The notes: generated by a model from the sequence alone, not told the origin. A stretch of 63,173 nt of DNA, filler included, from Candidatus Woesearchaeota archaeon (GCA_964354405.1; 27 parts of 27 records of this genome joined end to end with filler, not necessarily neighbours in it); one strand, 5' to 3'; positions 10,226-21,315 are shown, counted from the whole stretch's first letter. Made by a program: numbers and translations.

Positions 10226-10567
10226 ATGAATCGTGAAAAGAAATTAGTCGCCATGCGTCAATGGTATAGCCTCAATCGTGAGAAAATCCTAGAGAAATAT
10301 CACCTCGTTGTGAAATGTGTTACCTGTGTATCATGTCAACGTACTATCAAGGACCGAAATATGCGTTTTCACCTTGAATCAAACTACCATAAGAAACGGA
10401 TTGAGTTCCTAGAAGAACAACGATTAACAGAAAACATTCCAACGTTATCCGAATTTTTTAAATACCGTACTATTAAATGCCATACAAAATTGTACCCGCC
10501 GGAAATAAATGCTTCGTTAAACACGGACGACACGCATTTAGCAAACAACCTATCCCTTGCGACGTAG
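10226..10567 (+). CDS. C2H2-type zinc-finger protein
   Basis: CVSC...HLESNYH. Confidence 0.6.
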   Translation: MNREKKLVAMRQWYSLNREKILEKYHLVVKCVTCVSCQRTIKDRNMRFHLESNYHKKRIEFLEEQRLTENIPTLSEFFKYRTIKCHTKLYPPEINASLNTDDTHLANNLSLAT

Positions 10568-10650
10568 CGAAAAAACAACGGACTGCGTTGATTTTATCTG
10601 GGTTACGCAAGAAGCATAAAATTCCTCCTAGACAGCCTACAGCTTTGTAG
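10477..10650 (+). CDS. Small basic protein MPYKIVPAGNKCFVKHGRHAFSKQPIP...KKQRTALIL (57 aa; absent from the ORF track)
   Basis: Translated by hand; MPY.I...FSK.P....A.KQ..AL pattern recalled from small virophage/PLV proteins. Confidence 0.55.
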   Translation: MPYKIVPAGNKCFVKHGRHAFSKQPIPCDVAKKQRTALILSGLRKKHKIPPRQPTAL

Positions 10651-10868
10651 GTCTTCCACCTCGCTTCAATTTAGATACTTTGCCTCCCTTTGCTTTTTTA
10701 GCAAATAATACTGGTTTCAGCGAAGCGGGAGCATCGCGACTCTGAGGTGGTCCTTTCAATACAGGAAGNNNNNNNNNNNNNNNNNNNNNNNNNNNNNNNN
10801 NNNNNNNNNNNNTTAATTAATTAANNNNNNNNNNNNNNNNNNNNNNNNNNNNNNNNNNNNNNNNNNNN

Positions 10869-13800
10869 AACCAAATGGATCAATATAAAACAATGTTGAT
10901 TAATTCATATGGTATTAAAGAGGAACAGTTTGACCAAACAAGAATGATTCCTATTAAAGTGAAGTATGATGAAGGAAACATGAAACAAAAGATTCTTCCA
11001 AAACTATTAGGAATAGAAATAGGTGCTGTAGATCCCAAAGAGATTACAGATGACTATTTAATTCCTGTTGGTCTTGAGGAAGAGAAAACAAATAATCGTA
11101 AGGTAGATGCTCTATTAAAAAGGCTAAATGCTGATTATAAAAAACTTTCTGAAAAAACTGTTCTTCCTTCAGAGAAGAGAGAAAAGGCTGAACAATTGAA
11201 TGCTTTGTTCACAGCTATTAGGCAGCTTCAAATGAGACAAAATCTTAAGCCTTTATTGGAGCAAGCAAAAGTTTTTAACTCAAGTATTGAGAATTTAATG
11301 GAAAGATTTGAGAAAAATTGGGTAGGAAATGATCCAAAATCTTTTTCTGAAGCTGATGTAAATGCTTTTATAAAAGAAATATTAGACGCTGAAAAAGCTC
11401 TTAATACATACACCACACTTGATATTGATCTTGCAGGTCTTTTTAAGGGAAAAGAAGATGCTGATCTTAAAAAAGATCTTTCTACAACAGTGACTACAGC
11501 AAGATTTTTAAAAAGTGAGTTGAGCACAATAACTACAGAATTTGTTAAAGACTTTATAGGAAAAGCTGAAGATGTGGAAGATGTTACAAAAGAGGAAAAA
11601 ACAATTAGTGGACTGGCTAAATGGTGGAGCGATACAGCAACAATACAGCTTAACTCTGCAAAAATCTTATTTAGAAAAGCTAATAGAGCTCTTACACTTA
11701 CAACATATGACACTATTGACCAAAGTAAGAAGCTTCAAACTCTTAAAGATAAATATAATACATGGGCTAAAGGAAAAGGGTTAACTAATAAAAACTACTT
11801 TAATATTCTTAAAAAGAAAGGAACAAATGAATTAATTGATGAATTTCAATCTGAATTCTATAAAGAATTACAGAAAAGAATAAATAGTAAAGATCCAGAT
11901 CTTTTTAAATGGGTTAAAGAAAATATAAACATTTCTGAATACAATGCTTTCTTAAAAGAAGAGATTGCTAGTGAAAAGACAAGAATCATAGAGAAATATA
12001 AAGATAGAGAACAGTCTGAGGAGAATAATCAAAAGATGGAGAATGAGCTAAATAAAGTGGATAAGTTGTACAACACCTCTACACCAACTGCTGCTGGATG
12101 GTATCAATATGAACTTATTAAAAAGTTTCCTAAAGAGAAATGGCAAACAGCAGAATGGAAAGAATTACATGCTCCACAGAATCAGGCAGCTCTTGATTTT
12201 TATAATTATATTAGAGAAAGAAATGAATATTATCGTTCTATAGGATATTTAGGAAGAGGAGAAGATAGAACATTCCTTCCTTGGGTGAGAAAGAGTCTTG
12301 TTGAAAAGATTGTAATGGGTGGAAAAATCTCTGTAGGAGAACAGTTTTTAAGATCTATATCAATGTCTGAAGGAGATGTTGGATTTGGTAAAATAGATCC
12401 ACATACAGGAAAGCCTATAGACACTATTCCTAAATACTTTATAACAGAATTGCAAGAAGAAGTTAGTGAAGATCTTTTTAAGAACATGGCTTTATATAAT
12501 GAGATGGCTATTAAGTTTAAATATCTATCAGAAATTGAAGATCAAGCTCTTGCACTAATTAATCTAGAAAGGAACAAGAAAACAATAGCTACATCTGTAT
12601 TCTCTAGAACTAAGTATAAAAAAGAAGGTGGGGTAGAGATTTCTCCAGACAATAGTAAAAACACTGAGCTTATAGAAAGCATGGTGAAAGGTATTATATA
12701 TGGACAGAAATATCTTCAGAATGATAATTTTGATCAGGCACTTGCTACATTTGGTAAGCTTGGAGAAAAAGTGAATGCAAAAATAGGATTTAAACTATTT
12801 CCAGAAGGACTAGAAGGAAGAAAAGTTTCTTTGAATAAGTCTATTGATACATTAAATAGAATGTTTCAGACAACTACAATGGGACTAAATCTTACATCAG
12901 CAACATCAAACTTATTTGGTGGTACAGCTCAATCTATAATTAATTCAGGAAAGTATTTCACTCCATCTGATTATTTAGCTACAGAAGCTTGGATAAATAG
13001 TAAAATGTTAGGACTTGGAAATACAGAGTATCAAAAGAAAACAATAGGAGCACTAGAATATTTTCTTCCTTTAACAGAGAATTATAACAGAGAGTTTGCA
13101 AAAAAACTTTCTTTAAATAAACTGAGTCAAGAGAACATTCAAGATGCATTGTTCTGGATGATGAGACAGACTGATAAACACGTTCAAACAGTGAACTTCT
13201 TTTCTTTTCTAAAGAATTCTATTGTGCAAAATGGAGAAGTGGTGAATGTTAGAGAATTCCTTAAAAAGTCTCCTGAGTATGTAAACTTCTACGAAGGAAC
13301 TATGGAACAAAGAAAAGCTAGAGAAGCTAAGTTTGAAGAAGATGTTAAAAGACTTATAGAAGAAAAAGGTGTTCTTAAGGTAGGAGAAATAGTTGATAAT
13401 GAGTTTGTTATACCAGGTGTTGACAGAAGAAGTGAAAGTGTTATTGTTCTTAGAAGAAAGGTACAACAATTAACTAAGGATGCTCTTGGTAATACAACAG
13501 AAGAAAGTAGAAGACTTATAGATATGAACATCTATGGAAATTCATTCATGATGTTTAAACGCTGGATCCCTAGACTTGTAGATGTGAGAGTGGGAGGTCT
13601 TAAATATAATTCTGCATCAGATGCTTATGAGTGGGGTAGAATGAGAACTGCTTATAGTATTATAGCTAAAGATTTGTTAGGGTCTATTGGTAATCTTAGA
13701 AACTCTCTTGTAGGGAATGAGAAAGGTGTTGAATTTATGAGAGAAATGTGGGAAAAGAAGAAAGCAGACTATGAGAGAGAAACAGGAAAAGTTCTTGATA

Positions 13801-14282
13801 TGACTGAGTCTGAGTTTATGGATCTTGTAAGAAGAAATGTTAAAAGTCAAATTCGTGATCTAATGTTCTTCTTAGTAATGATTGGTCTTTTTCTTGCACT
13901 TAAAGCTAATGCTCCTGATGATGATGAAGATCCAGCAGTTAAAAATCAATATAAATTTATGTTGAGAGCTGTTGATAAACTTAAAGATGAGATTGCATAT
14001 TTCTACAACCCTGCAAATCTATTACAACTTGTATCTAGAGGACTATTTCCTTCTGCAGGACTATTAAAAAACTTTGGAAAGGTTGTTGAAAACTTCATGT
14101 TAGAAATATTTGGACTTGTGTTACAGAATGACGAATGGGTGGAAAGTGCAACACCTATAAAGTATTTAATGAAACAGTTCCCTGTATCAAATCAACTTGT
14201 ACAATATTTACCATTGTTTGCTCCAGAATTAGCTAAAGATCTTGGTATTAAAACACAATCTCAATCAGGATTTATTAAATAG
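10869..14282 (+). CDS. Very large phage virion/ejection-type protein (C-terminal part), Bacteroidota/crAss-like phage style
   Basis: Over 1135 aa, helical; C-terminal FMMFKRWIP..Y.WGR motif and hydrophobic segment; AT-rich phage context. Confidence 0.55.
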   Translation, partial: NQMDQYKTMLINSYGIKEEQFDQTRMIPIKVKYDEGNMKQKILPKLLGIEIGAVDPKEITDDYLIPVGLEEEKTNNRKVDALLKRLNADYKKLSEKTVLPSEKREKAEQLNALFTAIRQLQMRQNLKPLLEQAKVFNSSIENLMERFEKNWVGNDPKSFSEADVNAFIKEILDAEKALNTYTTLDIDLAGLFKGKEDADLKKDLSTTVTTARFLKSELSTITTEFVKDFIGKAEDVEDVTKEEKTISGLAKWWSDTATIQLNSAKILFRKANRALTLTTYDTIDQSKKLQTLKDKYNTWAKGKGLTNKNYFNILKKKGTNELIDEFQSEFYKELQKRINSKDPDLFKWVKENINISEYNAFLKEEIASEKTRIIEKYKDREQSEENNQKMENELNKVDKLYNTSTPTAAGWYQYELIKKFPKEKWQTAEWKELHAPQNQAALDFYNYIRERNEYYRSIGYLGRGEDRTFLPWVRKSLVEKIVMGGKISVGEQFLRSISMSEGDVGFGKIDPHTGKPIDTIPKYFITELQEEVSEDLFKNMALYNEMAIKFKYLSEIEDQALALINLERNKKTIATSVFSRTKYKKEGGVEISPDNSKNTELIESMVKGIIYGQKYLQNDNFDQALATFGKLGEKVNAKIGFKLFPEGLEGRKVSLNKSIDTLNRMFQTTTMGLNLTSATSNLFGGTAQSIINSGKYFTPSDYLATEAWINSKMLGLGNTEYQKKTIGALEYFLPLTENYNREFAKKLSLNKLSQENIQDALFWMMRQTDKHVQTVNFFSFLKNSIVQNGEVVNVREFLKKSPEYVNFYEGTMEQRKAREAKFEEDVKRLIEEKGVLKVGEIVDNEFVIPGVDRRSESVIVLRRKVQQLTKDALGNTTEESRRLIDMNIYGNSFMMFKRWIPRLVDVRVGGLKYNSASDAYEWGRMRTAYSIIAKDLLGSIGNLRNSLVGNEKGVEFMREMWEKKKADYERETGKVLDMTESEFMDLVRRNVKSQIRDLMFFLVMIGLFLALKANAPDDDEDPAVKNQYKFMLRAVDKLKDEIAYFYNPANLLQLVSRGLFPSAGLLKNFGKVVENFMLEIFGLVLQNDEWVESATPIKYLMKQFPVSNQLVQYLPLFAPELAKDLGIKTQSQSGFIK

Positions 14283-14356
14283 TATAGCTATATTATAGCT
14301 AAATTTTAATTCACGTCCATTGTCAATACATTTAAATAACTTAATTTTACAATATT

Positions 14357-14644
14357 ATGAGAACTGCTGCAATTTGTCCAACTTGTGCTATATACACTAA
14401 TGCTGTTTGTGTTATATATGATGATATATATTTAACAAATATAGATGTTTCCCCTTTGGAATCATTAGATGTTATATTAGGAAAAATTAATAACAACTTA
14501 GTTCCTAAAACAGGAATACTACCTCCCACTATAAGTGCTGTATACATAGGACAATTATATGTAGATACAGCTGTTCCCACTCTTTATTATGCTAAATCTA
14601 TAGGTTTAGGAGCTGCAGATTGGAAAGCATTAATTAATCTATAA
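14357..14644 (+). CDS. Small Cys-rich phage structural protein
   Basis: CPTC.....CVIY...L..I motif, paralogous to the next ORF. Confidence 0.6.
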   Translation: MRTAAICPTCAIYTNAVCVIYDDIYLTNIDVSPLESLDVILGKINNNLVPKTGILPPTISAVYIGQLYVDTAVPTLYYAKSIGLGAADWKALINL

Positions 14645-14666
14645 CATATTATTTTATTTTATTATT

Positions 14667-14857
14667 ATGAATGTAACTTGTTCAGCAATTCCATGCCCTA
14701 TTTTATTAAATTCTAATTGTGTTTTTTATGAAGCACAAAATTTAATATGTACAAACATTGTTACAAATGACACTGTTCAAACAGCATTACAAAAAATTGA
14801 TCTTGCTATATGTAATATAGTGTTAGGATCACAAGGTCCACAAGGAGTGCAAGGAGT
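14667..14857 (+). CDS. Collagen-repeat tail fibre-like protein (N-terminus)
   Basis: Cys-rich head followed by GSQGPQGVQG Gly-X-Y repeats. Confidence 0.65.
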
Positions 14858-14957
14858 NNNNNNNNNNNNNNNNNNNNNNNNNNNNNNNNNNNNNNNNNNN
14901 NTTAATTAATTAANNNNNNNNNNNNNNNNNNNNNNNNNNNNNNNNNNNNNNNNNNNN

Positions 14958-16703
14958 TTGTTAAAAGTACAAGCTTCACTTGCTTTGGTTGCTGCAGCGC
15001 AAGAATTTGCAAATTTGGTAACTGGACAAGGTGCGTTAAAGTTAGCTTTACAATCTGCAGCAACAGCAGTTTATTCAGCAGCAACAACAGCAGCAACAGC
15101 TACAACAACAGCATTTGGAGTTGCAGTTAACACTACATCAACATCATTTAAAGTTTTACGTGGTGCAATTATAGCAAGTGGAATAGGATTAATTATAGTT
15201 GGTGTTGCACTTGCAATTGAAGCATTTAATAATTTAAATAAGTCAACAGAAGAACAAATTAAGAATCAAAATAGACTTGCAAAGGCTGGTGAAGATGCAC
15301 AAAAACAATTAGGTGATGCAACATTAAAAAGGTTGGTTGCTGAAGGCAAGGTAAGCGAAGATCAAGCAAAACGAATTGAAATAAGAAATGAAGCAACAAA
15401 AAAACAAAATGAAAATAGGCTTGCATTTGCAAAGGAATTAAATAGACTTGAAAAAGAAAGACAAGAAGCAGAAGGAGATTCTGTAAGATTGGTTGGTATA
15501 TTTAGACAAAAGGAACAAGCAGAAAGAAATTATCAAACAGTAAGACTTGCAATTACAAGAGATGCGCAAGCTGAAATTGCAGATTTAAATAAAAAAGATG
15601 TAGTTGATACAGAAAAAAAATCAGATGATAAGGTTAAAATTAAAGAACAAGAAAATATTGATATTTTTAAACTATTACAAGAAGAATTTGCAGCACAATT
15701 AAGAACACGCGCAATAATTGCGGAAACAGCTGTAATAAAAGATAATAGTATAAAGAATCAAACTGATTTAATACTTGCAAACTTAGATATTCAAACAAAC
15801 GCTTTAGAGGAAAATTTTAAAAATGATGAAGAACGCGAAGCAGAAAGAGTAAGGTTAGTAACTGATGCACAGGCCAAAATATCTGCATTGGGTAAGACTG
15901 GAGTTGAAGAAAATAAGGAGAACAATAAAGAAAAGCTTGCAAGTGACGAAGAATATACAACAGCCTCAATTAGTTTAGCAGACAGGGTTGCTTCTACAAA
16001 AAAGAAAAATGAAGAAACAGCATTAGAACTTTCTATACAAGCTACAAACGCAACATTTGACTTATTTAATTCAATTGGTGATGCAAGGATTGCGAAGTTA
16101 GAAGAAAACGCGGCAACAGAAATACAACTTGCAGGTGATGACGCGATAAAGAAAAAGGCAATAGAAAAGAATTTAGCAGACGAAGTTGCAAAGATTAAGC
16201 GCGGTCAAGCCATTGCAGATAAAGCACAAGCATTATTTAATATTGCCATTAGCACAGCACAGAACATTGTTAAAGGACCTTCAGCATTAATACCATTATA
16301 CATTGCATTAGGTGCAATTCAAGCAGCTGCAGTTGCTGCCCGTCCAATTCCTAAGTTTGAAAAGGGTGGATTGGTTAAAGGACCTTTACACACACAAGGC
16401 GGTGTGCTTGCTGAATTGGAAGGTGACGAATATATTACCAATAGAAATGCAACAAGAAAGAATAGGGGATTGTTAGAGGCAATTAACAGCGGAAAGGAAA
16501 AAGAATTTATCTACAAAAAATTTCAAGTACCAATTATTCAAGCTTCACAATCTGCAGCAATAAATCAAAAGTTAAATGCTAAATTGGATTCTGCAAGAAT
16601 GGAAAGGGAATTACAAATGAGTAGAAAGGCCGAATCTAAAAATACTGATAAGATTATTAAAGCAGTTACAAATAACAAGTCACCAAGATATAACTGGAAT
16701 TAA
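14958..16703 (+). CDS. Phage tail tape measure protein (C-terminal part)
   Basis: Ala-rich helical; IIASGIGLIIVGVAL, coiled coil, ARPIPKFEKGGLVKGPLHTQGGV..E.EGDE. Confidence 0.85.
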   Translation: MLKVQASLALVAAAQEFANLVTGQGALKLALQSAATAVYSAATTAATATTTAFGVAVNTTSTSFKVLRGAIIASGIGLIIVGVALAIEAFNNLNKSTEEQIKNQNRLAKAGEDAQKQLGDATLKRLVAEGKVSEDQAKRIEIRNEATKKQNENRLAFAKELNRLEKERQEAEGDSVRLVGIFRQKEQAERNYQTVRLAITRDAQAEIADLNKKDVVDTEKKSDDKVKIKEQENIDIFKLLQEEFAAQLRTRAIIAETAVIKDNSIKNQTDLILANLDIQTNALEENFKNDEEREAERVRLVTDAQAKISALGKTGVEENKENNKEKLASDEEYTTASISLADRVASTKKKNEETALELSIQATNATFDLFNSIGDARIAKLEENAATEIQLAGDDAIKKKAIEKNLADEVAKIKRGQAIADKAQALFNIAISTAQNIVKGPSALIPLYIALGAIQAAAVAARPIPKFEKGGLVKGPLHTQGGVLAELEGDEYITNRNATRKNRGLLEAINSGKEKEFIYKKFQVPIIQASQSAAINQKLNAKLDSARMERELQMSRKAESKNTDKIIKAVTNNKSPRYNWN

Positions 16704-18763
16704 TGCCAATAGAATTTATAATTAACGGAGTACAGTATGAAGACCCTTTAAATTGGGATGACTTTTCAATTAGATTAGCACGTGACCGTTCATTAAATGC
16801 AGTTATTGTAAGTTATGATGTTAGTTTAATTCTTGGTTCAGATGCTTACAAGTATCTGAATGATTTAAGACTTACAAACCAATACTGTGAGCCATTGACT
16901 GTACTGATAAAATATCATTGTGGTAGTGGTGCTTGGTATGATTTGGTAAGAGGTTATATATTTTTAACCGAATGCAGATTTAATCTGACTGAATGTACTG
17001 TTACAACTCGAATATTTGACGAATCATTTAGTAGTTTTATTGGTAATAATCGTTCTGTACCATTTAACACAAGTGCTGACAGGTCAAAAGAACTTGCTCC
17101 AATTCCTTCTGTTGTTCCTTATGGACTTACTACATTTGATCCTAAGACGGGAATATATGATAGGGTTGTAAAAGGTTATAAGCTATTTGATGTATTTGAT
17201 TCTTGTGTTAACTTCATTTCAAACAATAAGGTAAAATTAATTTCTTCATTTTTATCTAATGTTATACCTGGTGATAGTGGTTCCTACAATTTATTTATTA
17301 CTTCTGGTGCTTCATTAAGGTCAACTGTAATAACTCCATTTACAACTACATTTATTCAGTTATATGAAGCTATAAGAAGCAAATATAATCTTGGTATTGG
17401 ATTTCAATTGATTGATGGTGTTCCGCACATATTAATTGAGCGCAATGAATATTTTTTAGAAGAATTTGTTTCAACAACTATTCAAGAGGCTAATGATGTT
17501 ATTGCATATTACGACCAACAGCAATTATTTAACCGTGTTCAGTTTGGAAGTCAAACATATACAGGACAATTTGATAGTATTGTAGATAACAATTATCTTT
17601 CATTTCCTGACATTGCATTTAGAGGTTTTCAAGATGAAACGTTTTATGTAATTGGTGAATGTAACATTGATAATATATTAGATTGTTTTAATGAAACAAC
17701 AATTGTAATTGATAACAATACAATTGAAGATATTATAATTTATAATAACAATTCTTATGATAAAGCACCAGTTTTAATTGAATGTTTTGGTAATGTTTCA
17801 CCATTTGCAGCAAGGCAAACGGATCCATTAAATTTAGGGCAAACGGTTTATAATGGTGACTTAACAAACGATAATACTGCAGCTAACTTTATTGGTGCGG
17901 TTCCTAATAGCATTTATTCAAGTTATTTGGGCTTTGATAGTGCTGACTTACCTATTATAACTGAGATACAAACAGGTCTTGGATTTGCTGATAACTGTCC
18001 AACTTTTTCACCTGCACAAACATTATTATTTGATTTAGATCAAACTTCTGATGCGGTTCCAACTACTGCACCATTTTTATCAGAAAGAGTTGGTAGTTTT
18101 ATACCTTATAACACAATTGTAAGTGACCCTGGTACTAATTTTAATGCAACAACATTTACTTATACTGTTCCTGGACCTGCAAGATTTATTTTTAGAGCAA
18201 GATTAGACTTACAAAAATGCGGAACTGCACCAAGTGGACAAGTTGCAAATGTTAGATTTGCACTTACTATTACAGATTTAGAAGGTAATATTTTACAAAG
18301 AATATTTTCTCCATATCAAAATTATTTTGTAAGATTTATTTCAGGTGCAACTAATTTTCAAATGGATTATACATTTCCAGAAATTGTGTTAAATGCAGGG
18401 TTTAATGTTTCAGTTGATTTGCAAGCTTTCAAAAATATATCAATTAGTGATTGCCCTATATTGATTAATAGAAACATTGGTAGTGGTGGTAGATTTTCTG
18501 ATTTTGTTACAACAGAAGTTGAAGCAATTGAAGGTGGTGAACTAAAAGAGTTTGACCCTAACGATTATAAGAGAAACGCATACACATTTAAACAGCCTAT
18601 TTCTTTCGAGCAAGTAAGATTGCTTATTGAGAATCCATTTAAACAAATTAGATTTACCTATGGTTTTCACCATTTACAAACCAACAAAGGATTTATTGAT
18701 ACCGTTGTTATCAGCGATTTTGATAAATTTGATACTGAATTTACACTCATTAGCAGCACCTAA
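16703..18763 (+). CDS. Phage tail tip/hub-like structural protein
   Basis: Directly follows the tape measure gene (TAATG overlap); beta-rich; EDPLNWDD N-terminal motif. Confidence 0.6.
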   Translation: MPIEFIINGVQYEDPLNWDDFSIRLARDRSLNAVIVSYDVSLILGSDAYKYLNDLRLTNQYCEPLTVLIKYHCGSGAWYDLVRGYIFLTECRFNLTECTVTTRIFDESFSSFIGNNRSVPFNTSADRSKELAPIPSVVPYGLTTFDPKTGIYDRVVKGYKLFDVFDSCVNFISNNKVKLISSFLSNVIPGDSGSYNLFITSGASLRSTVITPFTTTFIQLYEAIRSKYNLGIGFQLIDGVPHILIERNEYFLEEFVSTTIQEANDVIAYYDQQQLFNRVQFGSQTYTGQFDSIVDNNYLSFPDIAFRGFQDETFYVIGECNIDNILDCFNETTIVIDNNTIEDIIIYNNNSYDKAPVLIECFGNVSPFAARQTDPLNLGQTVYNGDLTNDNTAANFIGAVPNSIYSSYLGFDSADLPIITEIQTGLGFADNCPTFSPAQTLLFDLDQTSDAVPTTAPFLSERVGSFIPYNTIVSDPGTNFNATTFTYTVPGPARFIFRARLDLQKCGTAPSGQVANVRFALTITDLEGNILQRIFSPYQNYFVRFISGATNFQMDYTFPEIVLNAGFNVSVDLQAFKNISISDCPILINRNIGSGGRFSDFVTTEVEAIEGGELKEFDPNDYKRNAYTFKQPISFEQVRLLIENPFKQIRFTYGFHHLQTNKGFIDTVVISDFDKFDTEFTLISST

Positions 18764-18767
18764 AATT

Positions 18768-18909
18768 ATGGCATTTACACCAATTGAAAATCAGCCTATA
18801 ATATTTAATCCAGTAATACCTTGTTATGTTGAACAGGATGGATATACTTATTCAATGGACTTAACAGATTCTACACAAATTGCATTTGCTTTAACACCTT
18901 GTGAAGATG
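18768..18909 (+). CDS. Phage structural protein (N-terminus, MAFTPIENQPIIF)
   Basis: Next gene of the tail operon, truncated by contig end. Confidence 0.5.
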
Positions 18910-19009
18910 NNNNNNNNNNNNNNNNNNNNNNNNNNNNNNNNNNNNNNNNNNNNTTAATTAATTAANNNNNNNNNNNNNNNNNNNNNNNNNNNNNNNNNNN
19001 NNNNNNNNN

Positions 19010-19116
19010 GCTTGACTGAGAAAGTCAAGGCTTTCCTGGAGAAGAAGAGAAAAGAAATAAAGCCGAAAGGAGAGAAAAAAGAAGCGGAAAAGGAAATTGG
19101 GGAGGAGAAAGAATAA
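19010..19116 (+). CDS. rrp4: Exosome subunit Rrp4, C-terminal fragment
   Basis: LTEKVKAFLE matches the Rrp4 C-terminal GLT..(I/V)..FL; immediately upstream of rrp41. Confidence 0.6.
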
Positions 19117-19117
19117 A

Positions 19118-19849
19118 ATGACAGAAAAGACGCACAAACGAGGAGACGGAAGAGCTCCTGATGAAACAAGAAAGATTGAAGCTAAGATTGGCGTGATAAA
19201 AAATGCTGACGGCAGCGCGTTTTTCAGCTTTGGCGGAAGCAAAGCTATCGCGGCAGTTTATGGCCCGCGACAGTTACATCCGCAGCATTTGCAGGATCCA
19301 GAGAAATGCTTGTTGAGATGCCACTACGACATGATTTCTTTCAGCGTTACAGAAAGAAAAAGGCCGGGGCCAGCAAGAAGGAGCTCGGAGATATCGTATG
19401 TCACAACAAAAGCCCTTGAGCCTGTTTTGCAGTTAGAAGGATTGCCCAACACTGTGATTGATGTTTATATCATGATAATCCAGGCAGACGCGAGCACAAG
19501 ATGCGCGGGAATTAACGCAGCATCGATGGCTTTGGCTAATGCTGGAATTCCAATGAACGGGTTGGTTTCATCTGTTTCAATAGGAAAGATAGGTGACAAC
19601 ATCGTGGCGGATTTGACAAAAGAAGAAGAGGATTTCACAGTAACTAAAGGAGGAGAGGAAATCAAAGCTGCTACAGACATCCCGATGGCTTTCATGTCCC
19701 GCGGAAACAAGATAAGTTTATTACAACTTGATGGCAAAATCAAGCCAGAAGAATTGAAAGAGGCCATAGCTCTTGGAAAAAAAGTCTGCAAAAAACTCGC
19801 GGAGATACAGACAAAAGCAATTAAAAAAATAGACAAGGAGAAAGATTAA
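19118..19849 (+). CDS. rrp41: Exosome complex exonuclease Rrp41
   Basis: RGDGR..DETR, ADGSA, AAVYGPR, FSVTERKRPG..RRSSEIS, QADASTRCAGINAAS.ALA.AGIPM. Confidence 0.95.
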   Translation: MTEKTHKRGDGRAPDETRKIEAKIGVIKNADGSAFFSFGGSKAIAAVYGPRQLHPQHLQDPEKCLLRCHYDMISFSVTERKRPGPARRSSEISYVTTKALEPVLQLEGLPNTVIDVYIMIIQADASTRCAGINAASMALANAGIPMNGLVSSVSIGKIGDNIVADLTKEEEDFTVTKGGEEIKAATDIPMAFMSRGNKISLLQLDGKIKPEELKEAIALGKKVCKKLAEIQTKAIKKIDKEKD

Positions 19850-19867
19850 GGAGGAAATTAAGAAAAA

Positions 19868-20653
19868 ATGGAAACTTCAAGCTTAACTAAAAAAAGAATA
19901 GAGGAATTATTGCAAGAAGGCAAGAGATTTGACGGAAGAAAACTTTTAGATTACAGAAAGATAGAGATTGAGACAGGAATCTCGAAGAACGCGGAAGGCT
20001 CGGCTCGAGCTAAAATAGGAGACACTGAAGTTATTGTTGGTGTCAAGCTTGATGTGGCTGAGCCATTCACTGATTCTCCTGATAAGGGTGCTTTAATAGT
20101 AACCGCGGAACTCTCACCATTGGCTTCGAGAAAATTCGAGAGCGGGCCACCGCAGATCCAGGCAATTGAACTGGCAAGATTAATAGACAGAGGAATCCGC
20201 GAGAGCGAGTTCATCGAACTAAAGAAAATGGGAATCAAGTCAGGCGAAAAAGTATGGGGAATTTTTATTGATATATATCCTTTGAATTATGATGGAAATT
20301 TGATAGATGCTTCTGCGCTCGCCGCAGTGGCTGCGATAAAATCCGCAGTGTTTCCTGTGGTTAAAGATGATAAAGTGCAGTATGGAGAGTTCACAACAAA
20401 GAAACTTCCTTTGAAAGAACCCCCTATAACAATCACTTGCTATAAAATAGGCAATAGTTTTGTATTGGATCCGAGCACTCAAGAAGAAGAGACTGCAAAA
20501 GTTCGGGTTACTGTAGCAATGACTTTTGATAAAGAGACCCATATTCATGCTTTACAGAAATCTGGCGAAGAAGCATTGAGCGAGGATGAAATCGCCGAGA
20601 TTTTAAAGATTGCCGAGAGCGAAGGCAAAAAACTTTTTAAGAAATTAGATTAA
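19868..20653 (+). CDS. rrp42: Exosome complex component Rrp42
   Basis: GKRFDGR...YR, AEGSA, FESGPP...IELARLIDRGIRES, YDGNLIDA. Confidence 0.95.
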   Translation: METSSLTKKRIEELLQEGKRFDGRKLLDYRKIEIETGISKNAEGSARAKIGDTEVIVGVKLDVAEPFTDSPDKGALIVTAELSPLASRKFESGPPQIQAIELARLIDRGIRESEFIELKKMGIKSGEKVWGIFIDIYPLNYDGNLIDASALAAVAAIKSAVFPVVKDDKVQYGEFTTKKLPLKEPPITITCYKIGNSFVLDPSTQEEETAKVRVTVAMTFDKETHIHALQKSGEEALSEDEIAEILKIAESEGKKLFKKLD

Positions 20654-20722
20654 ATAAATCTTTTAGGAAAACAATCTTTTAAAAAAAGATTGTATCAAAA
20701 GATATAAAGTAAAAGGACAAAA

Positions 20723-21208
20723 ATGGCCAAAGATTTGGATAAATTAGAAGAGCAATATACAAAATACGAAAAGGCAAGAATTCTTGGTGCTCGTGCATTA
20801 CAGATTAGCGCTAACGCGCCCATTCTAATCAAACTTTCTCAAGAAGAACTTCAGAAACTTAACTTTGACCCTATCAAAATCGCCGAGTTGGAATTCGAAG
20901 AAGGAATCTTACCGATAACTGTGAAAAGGCCATTGCCTAAAAAAACAGAGAAGAAACAGGAAGAGTTCAGGGAAATTGTCAAGGAAGAGAAAGAAACAAA
21001 GAAACCATTAGAGAAGATGAAAGTAGTAGGGGAAAAAGTGAAAGTCGAGGGTGCTGAAGAAGCAGAGACAGAAGAAGCGGAAGCAGAAGAAGTTGAAGCT
21101 GTTGAGGAAATCGCGCCTGCAGTAGGATTGACTGTGAGCGATGAAGTTTCAGAAGAAGCTGTCATAGAGGAATTTAGCAAGGAAGAGGCAGAGACTGAAG
21201 CTGAGTAG
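20723..21208 (+). CDS. rpoK: DNA-directed RNA polymerase subunit K (Rpo6) with long acidic C-terminal tail
   Basis: [21 protein letters not shown]...DPIKIA..E...G.LPITV.R. Confidence 0.93.
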   Translation: MAKDLDKLEEQYTKYEKARILGARALQISANAPILIKLSQEELQKLNFDPIKIAELEFEEGILPITVKRPLPKKTEKKQEEFREIVKEEKETKKPLEKMKVVGEKVKVEGAEEAETEEAEAEEVEAVEEIAPAVGLTVSDEVSEEAVIEEFSKEEAETEAE

Positions 21209-21315
21209 GGTTGAGTGTTGAGTAGAGTTAAAAAGAGTCAAATTTTGTTCTAAAAAACTTTTTATATAGCGTTTTCTTAAGTTTCTTGTAAAGAGGATAG
21301 CCCATAAAAAGAAAA

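Larger units (their letters stand above)
5650..10768. mobile_element. Polinton-like virus / virophage-like genome fragment (capsid module)
   Basis: Penton-like gene, about 430-aa beta-rich MCP, GIY-YIG nuclease and small basic ORFs; no Shine-Dalgarno; short AT-rich intergenics. Confidence 0.75.

Noticed and set aside
10869..14857. Stop-codon reassignment in the crAss-like phage contigs
   Set aside because: Long ORFs are intact in the standard code, and TAG ends the 1135-aa gene just before an intergenic region.
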